This document shows positions 25,231 through 37,184 of a stretch of DNA of 64,000 nt, piece by piece. The DNA comes from Amphiscolops sp. MND2022 (Eukaryota), in contig OZ076421.1 in the NCBI GenBank assembly GCA_964187785.1, positions 7,192,001 to 7,256,000 of the forward strand, given 5' to 3'. Under the pieces are notes generated by a model. That model saw only the letters and a program-made list of their open reading frames with translations. It made no database searches and was not told the DNA's origin. Both the position numbers and the translations under genes were made by a program. Every line of letters starts with the position of its first letter. Positions within the stretch are counted from its first letter, which is position 1.

Positions 25231-28200
25231 GTTCTGGACATCTGTTTTGTTTTTTCTTTTCGTTTTGGACGCGCTTCTGAGGCTGGAGTTGTTAAGGTTT
25301 GAAGTTAATGAGGTTTGACGTTGTCGAACAAATGAACAAAAAAGTGGACCTTACGCGTCTAAAAAAAATTTCCGACGATCAATAAAATTTGAGATATTTA
25401 TGAAGATAATTGAAATTTTTCGAAAAAAAGCCAAGTCGCACTTTAATTTTGAACTTTTTTATTGCAAATTTTCAACTTTTTTGAATGTTTGTTGCTAAAA
25501 AAGTCCAAGACGGGTGATATACCGGTGATAAGCTCTCGTTTTTTCTCGTTTTATTGGAGTGAACCCTTGCTTGAATCGATAGTGGAATTATTTGGTTTGC
25601 AGGGGAAACATTGGCCTAGAGATTACTTACTTTTGGAGCCAGTTTTCTTGAATACCTCCGACTAAAAACATCTGCATGAATAAAACGCCCAAAAATCACC
25701 ATAGTGCTGCTGTGATGTTTGTATTTAAAAAAGACCAGCAAATATAAAACAGGAAATTGAACCAACTTTGAGAGAGAGAGGGAGGGAGACGAAAGTATAT
25801 GAACAAATAATGGCGGTGGTGACGGCCAATTAACAACTGCCGCAGAACAAAAGGAATAATAGGAAATACTTATACTGCGGAATTTTACTAATTAAAATTT
25901 CTATCAATTACCGCGGTGTTTTAAAATCTAAGCAAAATTGTGATTGGTTGCATGCAAAACATGCCAATCAGGCAATCTTGCAGATTTGCTCGACTGTTTT
26001 TATACGTTCTACTTCGACGGAAGATTCATTTTTCTCGACAAACGGCACAGATTTAACTAAGAGCTCTCTTCCCCTCTCATTTTGGTGGAGAATTTTTACT
26101 CTCCTCGTTCGTTTCTGATTTGAGTTCTATATTAGAATTTTTCCGCTCTATTCATTCTGCTCTTACTTATTTCAACTCAGATATTTGGCCAACGATTTCT
26201 CACTGCGTAGAATTAGGATCCTATCGTAGAATAATGTTCGCTAGTTTCATATTCCGGCTGATTTTAAATTTTTAGCTGAGAACATTTTCCTGGTATGAAG
26301 ATGGAAATAACAGGCCGAAGTTACATAAATTTGTCTAAGTAACTTTTGTTGTGTAAACTGATTCACCTAAACGTTCTACTGCTATTCAAATCTAACTGAA
26401 AAGAGACATTAAAATTAAAGCGTGTCTTTCAAAACAAAGCGGATTGTATACTTCTTGTGTTTGACAAGTAAATATCCGAGAACAATTGGAACGTTCTTTT
26501 TTTGTTCTATCGATGTCAACTTCAGCTGTAAATTGCCCAAGATGTAGAGCAGTCAATAACAATCTCTTTTATAAACGCGGTTGTTTTAGGAATCTGCTGT
26601 ATAGCTGATTTAAAGGATTGTGGAATAAGGACTGCTGTGACTCGAAGTATAACTAAGTTCAAAATTTCTACTTCTGTTGACGCCTGTCAATTGCAAGATC
26701 GGAAACTATCATTTGAACGTGACTTATGAAACCTATAATTTAGAACACTTGAGACTGCGTCAAGATTTCACATGAAAATTACCCCTTTTAGCAAAAGTGG
26801 AAGTGTAGCTAAAAAAAGGTCATCCGCCCCCTTTTAAAAAAGCACTTATGCAATCACGTAAGTGACGTAAGTTGATCTCTTCAATGCTCAATTTCGTGAT
26901 AATAGTTATTATGTGATTTTCTCGTATGACCTTGAAGGAAAGGTGGTAATTATATTGGAACTGATGATCATCACAATGTGTAAACACTCTTTCGAACCCA
27001 CCTAGCAAACATGCCAAACCACCACCAAGATTCTATACCTAGCCAATATCATTAAATTATGCTTCAACTGACTTATATTTATACCACATTTTCGCCTTAT
27101 ATTTACTGGAAAGATTGATGATACAGTTACATACCATTACTAAATGGAAAGTAAAACGACTGAATAGCTGAAGTCAAGTTGGGTCTGAAGACCAAGAGAA
27201 TATTTAACTTTCCATGCTCTTAAAACGTTTCTCTAAAACTCAGAGCGAATGAGTAATTGGAGAGTCGGAGCGCGTGAAGATGAAGAGCGGAAAGTTTGTG
27301 ACGGACCTCAGAAGATTCACCCTAGTATAAAGCAAGATCGCAGGAGATTCTACAAGTCCAATCGGACCAACCAGCTAAAAGATGCAATCCTTCAGAACTC
27401 GAAAACAAGGATTGTTTAGTAAATCTCCACAGTACTAAACAACTGATTAGGGCGGCAGTAAAGCTTGTGAAGATTCAGCGCAACATAAGGGCAAGCAGTC
27501 GTTGCGACTTCCTTTCAATAATTCAACATATTTGTTTCGTATACGTTTTCTGAACACAGAAAACTCATTTACAGACACTGCTTTGCACTTCTTCGCGCAA
27601 AGTCTTTTGTTCTCACGTACACGACAGGCATTTCTCCTTCAGCATTACGCAGAGTAAGCTATTGAGGGTCTCTTATTCACGGTTATTCAATAATGGAACA
27701 GCCTCCTTTCAGTTTTTTTCGGCATTGTGAGAGTTTTTCGAAAAATTGCAATGTCTTCAAAAGGTCCCCTTCAAATGTTCACAGGTGGATGTGTAAAAAT
27801 GGATGTTAAAAATATTTCATTTATTAGTCCTTTATTAATAACAAAGTTTAGTCGACAATACACTTCGATTATCAGGTTTGCGAAACCTAAAAACAACCTG
27901 GCATTTCCCAGAACGAGTTAATGTTTTTTCCTTAACTTTGAATAAATTGCGATTTTCATTAAGCCCATTGAAGCCCTTGAAGGTGTTTGTTAGTCCGTAG
28001 GTCTTCAGTTAGAGGGTTTAAATACTACTGCTGCCAAAGTAGATATACTATTTTTCGAAAAAAAAAACAAAATGCTACTGATAATACGCAGTTTTACACG
28101 GAAAAGCAACTAGCTTTTCTCAAATTGCAGATACTGAATCAAAATCAAATTGCGAGTTGGTTCGTCTCAGCTTTTACAGACAAAAATCTATAAAAATTGA

Positions 28201-28329
28201 GCGATATTGCCGGTATTTATATGTAGTTTTCAGTTGACAATTTTTTCGTCACTTTCCAGGTATTTCTCATGGTATGTTTTCTATCAATTCTTTTTCTGTT
28301 TAAGCAGTCTTCACTGAGATCCCTCGAAC

Positions 28330-29318
28330 ATGGTTTCAAGTAGTCCTAAAACTGGGATCCATAGATTCTTTCTGGCAATCTACTCTGCCGCTGTCGTTGC
28401 GAGTTTGGATGAACATGTTATAGACGGCCATACCCGGCATTATCACAACATGGATAAGGACATCCCATCAATCGAGCACTGGAATCATTTGTTTGTTAAA
28501 TGGTCAATCCAAACAAAATCTTTACTTGATCAAGGCCGCTTGAGAAGAAACACAAAAGATCTTCCAAGCATTGATGAGATCGAAAAGTACATCGCTACTT
28601 TCAAACCTGCTTTCACGGAAGCCACTGATGTACTGAAGAAACTTGTGAACCATTCGGCAGTTTTGTCGGGGAGGCTGAAATCTGCATCGAGTGTGCATGA
28701 GAAATTGGAACGCAAGGGGTACGATTTGAAGGATCTGACCGATATAATTGGTATGAGATTGACTTGCCAAACAGTGGACGAGACTCTGAGAATCAAGGAC
28801 TTGATCAGCAACACTTCGAAGTGATGGAGACCACATGTTACGGAATGTGTCCTGGAGCTGGGAAATACAAGGAATCGGGATATCGGCGCATCCACCTGAT
28901 ATTGCTCATCAAGTCAGAGAACAAAACAATGGAGCTGCAAGTCGGGACCCCCTACACCAATATGTGGGCAGACTGGGACCACGATTTGGTCTATAAAGGT
29001 CCCAAAGAGTTCGCAGACGATGAAAGTGTGAAAACTTACTCTATTGCGATGGCTGATTACTTCCTGAAACTGGATCAAGAGAGAAACCAACTTCCCGACT
29101 GTCCTGCAATTATGGAGGAGGTCAGCGCGTTGGATATTCTGAGAGACAATGCTGGTGGAGCAGATGCATATGCACTGTATGAAAAACTTGGGTTCCCGCC
29201 CAATGCCTGTTTTTGGTGGAACGACATGAAGTTGGCACTGCCATCTAATGCACATGGCGCCGCTTCAAGTATCCCATTGGGTATTTTAAGTCTGTCTATC
29301 GGGGTTTTGATAAACTAA
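28330..29318 (+). CDS. RelA/SpoT-family small alarmone synthetase-like protein with signal peptide and putative GPI-anchor signal (one-base frameshift near 28806)
   Basis: ORF 28330-28824 has RLKSASSVHEKLERK and DIIGMR; overlapping ORF 28764-29318 has SGYRRIH, ELQVGT and WADWDHDLVYK. Adding one C after 28806 (ATC CAG CAA CAC) joins them into a 329-aa ORF. N-terminus FFLAIYSAAVVAS; C-terminus SNAHGAASSIPLGILSLSIGVLIN. Confidence 0.88.
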
Positions 29319-29455
29319 ACCAGATTGATAAACTAGTACATATTGGCTGATGAAAAAGATTAAACTTTGCCTGATGAACTTTATAAATCTCATTATCTCA
29401 TGCACCCTTTCTTCCTGATCACGTTTTAATTCTCATAATATGCCTATATCTGTTC

Positions 29456-29461
29456 AATAAA
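29456..29461 (+). terminator. Candidate polyadenylation signal AATAAA of the RelA/SpoT-like gene
   Basis: AATAAA 138 nt after the stop codon; the AT-rich context makes a chance match possible. Confidence 0.45.
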
Positions 29462-31303
29462 TTCAGTAACAATCAATTGTGAACTTGATTCAACCGTCTA
29501 AGCAAGTTTTGTCAGAATCAATTTCAAGCACATCGTGGTAGCAAAAAACTAAATGCTTTTTTGAAAAACCTTCAGAAAATGCATCCAGGCGTGAAAAATC
29601 TCCTGGTTATGAAAAAATCTGCATGGATTCATTCTACAATTTCCTTAACAGGATGCTTTCCCCGCCTTGTTTTGGACAGCCAAAATGGACAGCCAGTTGA
29701 GATGCTTAGATGACAGATTAGTGATCCTGTGGGTTGGTTCCATTGGTTCCCATGCAAACGAACCTTAAGTTGAAAGATATCAATATCCAAACTAGCTTAA
29801 TACATCTTTACAGAATACATCCTTACTGGGCCTAGTATTTTCTTGAGTACTCAACTTTTTACCCAATTATTCAATGTTTACCTTTTTACTCAATCCACAA
29901 ACTGTCTGACACGGTACGGTGTAGGAAAAAATATTGGCTAAGATGTGATCTACTATGTTGTCAGCTTGTCCGCGCAGCCTAGACATTTGCTGCACGTGGT
30001 TCGCGAATGGATTGGTGGAGTGAAAGTTGTTTGGCTCTGTTGTTGACTCGTCTAAGGATCTGATGGATTTTCTAGTGTACTAACGCATTATCTGTTTCGA
30101 ACTCGATCCTTACTTTCACAAACTTAATGAATTTTTGTCTGCCGCTATTTTTCTTCTGTGAAAAATGGACAAGGAGGGGGGTGCTGAACGATATGGGTTC
30201 TCGACTTTGTTTGATTATCTCAAAGACTCAATCAAAGTATTGTCTAATAGAGCTATCAGCTCCGTTCAGATAACTACCGATGATGAAGAGGAGTACTTGA
30301 CTCTTGAGTCGTTACTCTTGAAACACTATGGCTAGCGTGGAAAACCAGGGATTTTCTCAGAACAAAACATTTCCATTTGCTAGTCGGAGAACTTTTCTAA
30401 AGCTTTCTAAAAAGAAAAACTTCGAGAAACTCTAAACGATACTACACTCTAGACTACTGTTAGGTTAACCGCTGAGCTTACGGGTGAATGAAATAAAAAT
30501 ATTTTGGCGCTTTGAATAAGTTTTGATGATCAGCAAAGCGATCACGACGTTTCACGCCCTAACCGTACTTTGGTCACTCGCACTGTTCTTTGGTTAGAGC
30601 GAACGAGTGAGGTTGCAACGGACACGCGAGGACTGGTGATAGACCTTGGGGGTGAGTAGATACTATGACACTTGTTATGGGGCGATTGCTGCTACTGTGA
30701 TTGTAAAACGATCAGAAGAGAAAGCGCAATCTTTCACTCAAATAGACCCTACTGTACTTGTTGTTCTGTTAAGACGCACTGCGTACTAAGTCAACATCTT
30801 CAGAAGTGTCCTCAAACACTTGCTAGCTCTTGCACAGCGCTTCTAGGTTGAAGTATACGTGATCTCAACTAGAAGTTTGCAAATAGCTGACTTTGAAAGC
30901 TGTTGATAGAGAAAACACGCTTTTTGTGTTTTTCAATACTACGTCTCGTAGACAGTTTTTCGGCAGACCACGATTGTTAAAATGGTCTAATCACTGCGCA
31001 AAACGCTTCGGCAAAACAATACACGTGCGTCCAGTGTAGAAATGAGGTGATTAGAGCACTTACTTTAAGCTCAGACGGCGACTATCGAGCGATTTTTGTG
31101 GGAAATCTGTCAAAATCAGATAACTTTTTTCGACAAAACGCACGTCTGAGGAAAGTGAATATCACTTCTAGTGATGCTAGCGACCTGGAAATTTCACAAG
31201 GTGTACTATGTTAGGTGAATTGTGGGAAAGGGACCGCCCATTGCGCTAAAATGTACTATACGTGAAGTATGGGGCCTTTACACTGTTGTTTCAAAAATGC
31301 TTA

Positions 31304-34300
31304 CCCTAGTTGAGACTGCTGGAACTTTTTACATGCTGCAGGCCTGCATGCAGGGTAATTTTTTATAAAACCTAGAAAAGTCATTAAGGTTCCGGTGGTA
31401 AATCTTGTAGAATTACACTGGATTTTCCGCTACTGCAATTAAATTTGAAAATATTTCCCCCTTCTTTTACAGACATGATCACGTTGTCTTCACACATTGA
31501 TTTTGCAAATACTCATCTGATTTAATCACCGCGTCTCAAATAGAACGCTGAAGATGACGCTAGTTTGCTGTTTACATTGTGAATGAAGTTAGTTTGCATT
31601 AAAATGGCGGCAAAATTGTAGGGGTCTCAGCTGCACTTAAAATTAGAACTGATGCATATTAAAACTTGCAGAACTTCATGGCTTGGAATTGCCGCCAAAA
31701 CTTTGATGATTCTTTAAAGCAGCTTGATAAAAGTTGGTGACAACAGGGAAATATTAACGCATTAAAGTTTCCGTAAGGTATTTCGATTATCATAATAAAA
31801 GTTGCTGGCAACATTAAAGTACACATAAAAAGTTGAAGCATGTTCAACAAAGGCAGCGGGCGTCTTGTATTATATAGATTACGTTGTCGTTGCTAACCTT
31901 ATCTACGAGTACTGATATACTTAATTGTACAAGGAGTATACTCAATCCTCAATTGAGGGGATGTCAGAGAGTGACCTTTACTCTCGAACAGAAAATTAAG
32001 AACATTAAATTGAGCAAGTTGTTCATAAATGTTTCCATGCATAGTCTGATATTATTTACAAACACATATGTATCAAAGAACCAAAAGAACTGGGCCATTC
32101 ACCAAATGGTCTTATACAATACAGTCTTTCTCAAGATTCTCTCTCAACAAGCAGTCTGCGACCATCGTTGATATTATTACAGGTACTTTCTCCAGCGTTT
32201 TTGAATTCTCTTCATTTGAACACTCATATTTTACAAAAAGTGGTTACTTTTTATAGTAGTTAGCATGCGTGGCTGGGGAGCAGCCGTTCATGTGTTCGAA
32301 TTCCGCACTGGTCCAAAATTATTTCACATTTGCTAAGGTACACGAAACCAAAAGGCCCCCTTTGGGGTTTTTCTTCACACTGAGATTTTTTTCAAAAACT
32401 GTCCTATTTCACCAAAAAGTTTCTTTTGGATTCATTGATTTTTTTTCCGTAAAGAAAAGGCGTTTTCCGAGCTGTTTCGGTTTTTCGCTTGGTGCAATTT
32501 TCTGAGAAACCATTTTTCGAGAAATTCATCCCAATATTTTGGATTTTAGTTGCTCAGCGTTAAGTACAATTGTTTACAGAGCCTGAATGACCCTTTCATT
32601 TTTCTACTGCTTTTTTAAAAAATCACCACTGAGCTTTTTGACCTCAAGCAAAGCACCGACTTAGACGGTTCCTTTTTGCTGAACTAAGTAGGCACTTCCG
32701 AAAAAAAAAGTATTGAAGAAATTCACAACTACGCGAATTTTCGGTGATCTAGTTAATTCGTACAACGCTAAACTTGATTCGATTTTAAACACTTATCAAA
32801 TTTCCTCTTTTACCGATAATTCGATATCTCTTTTCCTCTCAGATAAATTATTCACACAAGGGTCCCATTTTGTTATACTTACATAACTCATGTAATCGCT
32901 CCAAATTTAGCTTCTATCTACATTTTAAGCATTGAAAAATTGAACTCTCCGAGATATATGCTGCAATTATATTCTGTAACTAATTTGAGCGGAAACTGAA
33001 TTTCGAAACTTCCTAAAGTGAAAATAATGAAAAGCGCCCGCTGAGCTGCAGTTTTTTTCCACCATGAACTACTTTAGCAACAGAGAATCAAAAATTGTTT
33101 AAAACTTGCACAAAATTCCACAAGTATATTTTTGGAGAAAATATACGTTTCTAGCTTTTTAAGAACATTTGAGCGTGACCACTAATCTTGTACCAGTTCA
33201 AAACTTGTACAGAAAGATCAAGAGACTGAATAAATATAACTTTTGAAAATTTTGATATTCAGGAATTTTTTCAATAAACAAGGTTTTTTTTCAATGCAAT
33301 GAAACTGTTTTTGTCTGTGAAAGTCTATGAAAAGGGCTCTTGTCTTTTGAGTATAGACTTACAGAGAAAATTGAAAAAATGCTGAGCGATTATTTTCATG
33401 AAGGAAAATTCAAAGTCAATGTCTTTCAGCAATATTTCTTGTAACAGCCTTTCAAACTGCGAGAGATTTTATTCAAAAAAAGTCTTTGCCATTTAAATAT
33501 AATACAGATGCTATCTCGTTATACTAATAATGAGTAGTTAAAGTTTTCAAGTAACTCAACTCAAAACTTTATACACAACCTCAGTCTAATATTTCATAAA
33601 CAAAAAAAAAGACATTTAATTGTGAAGTGAAACTATAAAAATATTTCTAATTACAATTTCTGGCTCTTCTACCTAATTTTATTCTGCCAGTGGTCACTCG
33701 ATTAAGAAACCTATTTTTAGGGCCAGTTCTTGAAACATTATACTTGGGATCAATTGCGAAATGGAAAGCAGAGCCATTTAGCCACGTTAAATCTAATCGG
33801 TGCCTTTTGAATTTTTTCTGCCAAACACTGCTCGGGGTAACTATTCTAATTTATGTGATAACAACAATAATCCATCATTAGACCAAGCCAAAATTGCAAC
33901 CTTTGGCGCTATATTCCGGAGATAGCTCCCGGCAAATTCGCATGGGAAACAAAGGATGTGAATTTCGAAGGGAAGCTAGCGCTAATTTAATTTTACACAG
34001 TCAAGCCTTTAAATTAAGGCTCTATTTAGCAAATGGGGAAGTCTTTATTTCACAACACTCATGCAAGCGGCGTGAAATAAATTGGTGGCACAAAAAATGC
34101 GACCTTTTTCTCCGCAGGTTGTAATTAGTGAACATTTTGAGCTCGCTTTCAAACAAATAGACCAACATATATTTCGCAATTCTTGGAACCGCCGGCTTCA
34201 AAATAAAAATTGCAGGCTGATTTATTTCAAATTGCAATCCATTTTGATTTCAACATGAAAGTTCAACCCAGTCGTATTGCGCTACGAGCATATACAGACC

Positions 34301-35027
34301 CATTTCTTCTGTTCAAGGAGCTTGTTTTAAAACAGTTTTTTTCTTCTCGATTAGAGTGATTTTATCAGTTTTAGAGCTCCGAAAAGCAACAGAATTGGGA
34401 CTCTATATTTTCAATCTGAAAAACTCTTTCTTGAAATAACAAGCAGAGAACGGCGCAGAGAACGGCCAAAGTCGGCGCCCGGCTCAAGGTATAAAAAAAG
34501 CAAAATATTTCAGGTATGCCAAGAGACACTCTTGCGAAAATTTTAATCAAATTTACAGTGCCCTTGTTCAACTTGCTTGAACTTTTTATAAATTTTTTAA
34601 AAGTTGCCAGAAACTTTTAAAATGATTTTCCAAAAACAAAAACACTTACAGAAACTTTAATGCGTTAACACTTCCCTGTTGTCATCAACTTTTATCAAAC
34701 TGCTTAAAAGAAGCATCAAAGTTTGGGCGGCAATTTCAAGCTGTGAATTTCTGCAAGTTTTATTATGCATCAGCTCTAATTTTAAATGCAGCTGAGACGT
34801 CAACACGTTTGCCGCCATTTTAATGGAAATTAACTTCAATCACAATGTAAACAACAAACTAGTGTCATCTTCAGCGTCCCGTTTGAGAAGCGGTGATTAA
34901 ATCGGATGAGTAGTTGAGAAATTAATGCGTGAATACAACGTGATTGTGTCCGTGAAGGTGGAGGAAATACTTTCAAATTTAACTGCAAAAGTAGAAAATG
35001 CAGCGTAATCTACAAAATTGACCACCG
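31304..35027. mobile_element. Non-autonomous foldback-like DNA element with ~470-bp imperfect TIRs and a CCCTAG terminus
   Basis: 31304-31777 is the reverse complement of 34645-35027 (truncated) and of 43851-44280; the left end CCCTAGTTGAGACTGC matches termini at 47819 and 48829. No transposase inside. Confidence 0.7.
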
Positions 35028-35049
35028 AAAACCTCTTTTACACTGAATC
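31679..35049 (+). repeat. Tandem segmental duplication, copy A (empty insertion site TCTAA at 33585-33589)
   Basis: Colinear with 35052-36964 plus 42812-44324; the ORF track repeats the same short ORFs in both copies. Confidence 0.93.
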
Positions 35050-36964
35050 TTTGGCTTGGAATTGCCGCACAAACTTTGATGATTCTTTAAAGCAGCTTGA
35101 TAAAAGTTGGTGACAACAGGGAAATATTAACGCAATAAAGTTTCCGTAAGGTATTTCGATTATCATAATAAAAGTTGCTGGCAACATTAAAGTACATATA
35201 AAAAGTTGAAGCATGTTCAACAAAAGTAGCGGGCGTCTTGTATTATATAGATTACGTTGTCGTTGCTAACCTTATCTACGAGTACTGATATACTTAATTG
35301 TACAAGGAGTATACTCAATCCTCAATTGAGGGGATGTCAGAGAGTGACCTTTACTCTCGAACAGAAAATTAAGAAGAACATTAAATTGAGCAAGTTGTAC
35401 ATAATTGTTTCCATGCATAGTCTGATATTATTTACAAACACATATGTATCAAAGAACCAAAAGAACTGGGCCATTCACCAAATGGTCTTATACAATACAG
35501 TATTTCTCAAGATTCTCTCTCAACAAGCAGTCTTCGACCATCGTTGATATTATTACAGGTACTTTCTCCAGCGTTTTTGAATTCTCTTCATTTGAACACT
35601 CATATTTTACAAAAAGTGGTTACTTTTTATAGTAGTTAGCATGCGTGGCTGGGGAGCAGCCGTTCATGTGTTCGAATTCCGCACTGGTCCAAAATTATTT
35701 CACATTTGCTAAGGTACACGAAACCAAAAGGCCCCCTTTGGGGTTTTTCTTCACACTGAGATTTTTTTCAAAAACTGTCCTATTTTACCAAAAAGTTTCT
35801 TTTGGATTCATTGATTTTTTTTCCGTAAAGAAAAGGCGTTTTCCGAGCTGTTTCGGTTTTTCGCTTGGTGCAATTTTCTGAGAAACCATTTTTCGAGAAA
35901 TTCATCCCAATATTTTGGATTTTAGTTGCTCAGCGTTAAGTACAATTGTTTACAGAGCCTGAATGACCCTTTCATTTTTCTACTGCTTTTTTAAAAAATC
36001 ACCACTGAGCTTTTTGACCTCAAGCAAAGCACCGACTTAGACGGTTCCTTTTTGCTGAACTAAGTAGGCACTTCCGAAAAAAAAGTATTGAAGAAATTCA
36101 CAACTACGCGAATTTTCGGTGATCTAGTTAATTCGTACAACGCTAAACTTGATTCGATTTTAAACACTTATCAAATTTCCTCTTTTACCGATAATTCGAT
36201 ATCTCTTTTCCTCTCAGATAAATTATTCACACAAGGGTCCCATTTTGTTATACTTACATAACTCATGTAATCGCTCCAAATTTAGCTTCTATCTACATTT
36301 TAAGCATTGAAAAATTGAACTCTCCGAGATATATGCTGCAATTATATTCTGTAACTAATTTGAGCGGAAACTGAATTTCGAAACTTCCTAAAGTGAAAAT
36401 AATGAAAAGCGCCCGCTGAGCTGCAGTTTTTTTCCACCATGAACTACTTTAGCAACAGAGAATCAAAAATTGTTTAAAACTTGCACAAAATTCCACAAGT
36501 ATATTTTTGGAGAAAATATACGTTTCTAGCTTTTTAAGAATATTTGAGCGTGACCACTAATCTTGTACCAGTTCAAAACTTGTACAGAAAGATCAAGAGA
36601 CTGAATAAATATAACTTTTGAAAATTTTGATATTCAGGAATTTTTTCAATAAACAAGGTTTTTTTCAATGCAATGAAACTGTTTTTGTCTGTGAAAGTCT
36701 ATGAAAAGGGCTCTTGTCTTTTGAGTATAGACTTACAGAGAAAATTGAAAAAATGCTGAGCGATTATTTTCATGAAGGAAAATTCAAAGTCAATGTCTTT
36801 CAGCAATATTTCTTGTAACAGCCTTTCAAACTGCGAGAGATTTTATTCAAAAAAAAGTCTTTGCCATTTAAATATAATACAGATGCTATCTCGTTATACT
36901 AATAATGAGTAGTTAAAGTTTTCAAGTAACTCAACTCAAAACTTTATACACAACTTCAGTCTAA

Positions 36965-37145
36965 TGAAGAGAGAATAGTCTAGACAACAGTAATTAGATA
37001 CCTGCCAATGAACTTACATTGTCCTCTAGACTATATTCATTTGATGCAAACTTTACGTTGAGTACAGTGATACTTTGTATGTTACATTACCTACACATTC
37101 TTAACTTGAACATCTTACTTCAAACTTTTTATCGAGTCTATAACA
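36965..37145 (+). repeat. 5' LTR of element 2
   Basis: TGAAGAGAGAA...CTATAACA. Confidence 0.97.
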
Positions 37146-37156
37146 TGGCGCAGTCA
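37146..37156 (+). promoter_or_regulatory. Primer-binding site TGGCGCAGTCA, probably tRNA-Ser
   Basis: Abuts the LTR end; identical to 1143-1153. Confidence 0.78.
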
Positions 37157-37184
37157 TAGAAGTACGAACAAGAGAAGAAAACCG

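Noticed and set aside
26180-26780. A further LINE or transposase fragment
   Set aside because: Only vague resemblance in interrupted frames; cannot be supported without a profile search.
28764-28830. An intron or programmed frameshift as the cause of the split RelA/SpoT ORFs
   Set aside because: No suitable GT-AG pair preserves motif spacing and there is no slippery heptamer; adding one base fixes the frame.
28522-29255. Minus-strand ORFs 28522-28836, 28530-28895 and 28914-29255
   Set aside because: Antisense shadows of the synthetase coding sequence, with no motifs.
28330-29318. Bacterial contaminant origin of the synthetase gene
   Set aside because: Tentatively rejected: no operon context or neighbouring bacterial genes, host-type repeats on both sides, a GPI-like tail and a downstream AATAAA. 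Needs read-level confirmation.
30458-30797. Solo LTR (TGTTAGG...GTCAACA)
   Set aside because: TG...CA ends are present but there is no matching TSD and no second copy in the window.
31659-35881. Short ORFs repeated twice (for example MSLLTLSTST, MAGEQPF, MVTRLRN, MQPLALY) as a duplicated gene cluster
   Set aside because: They recur only because the DNA is duplicated; no domains, and they overlap TIR and repeat sequence.
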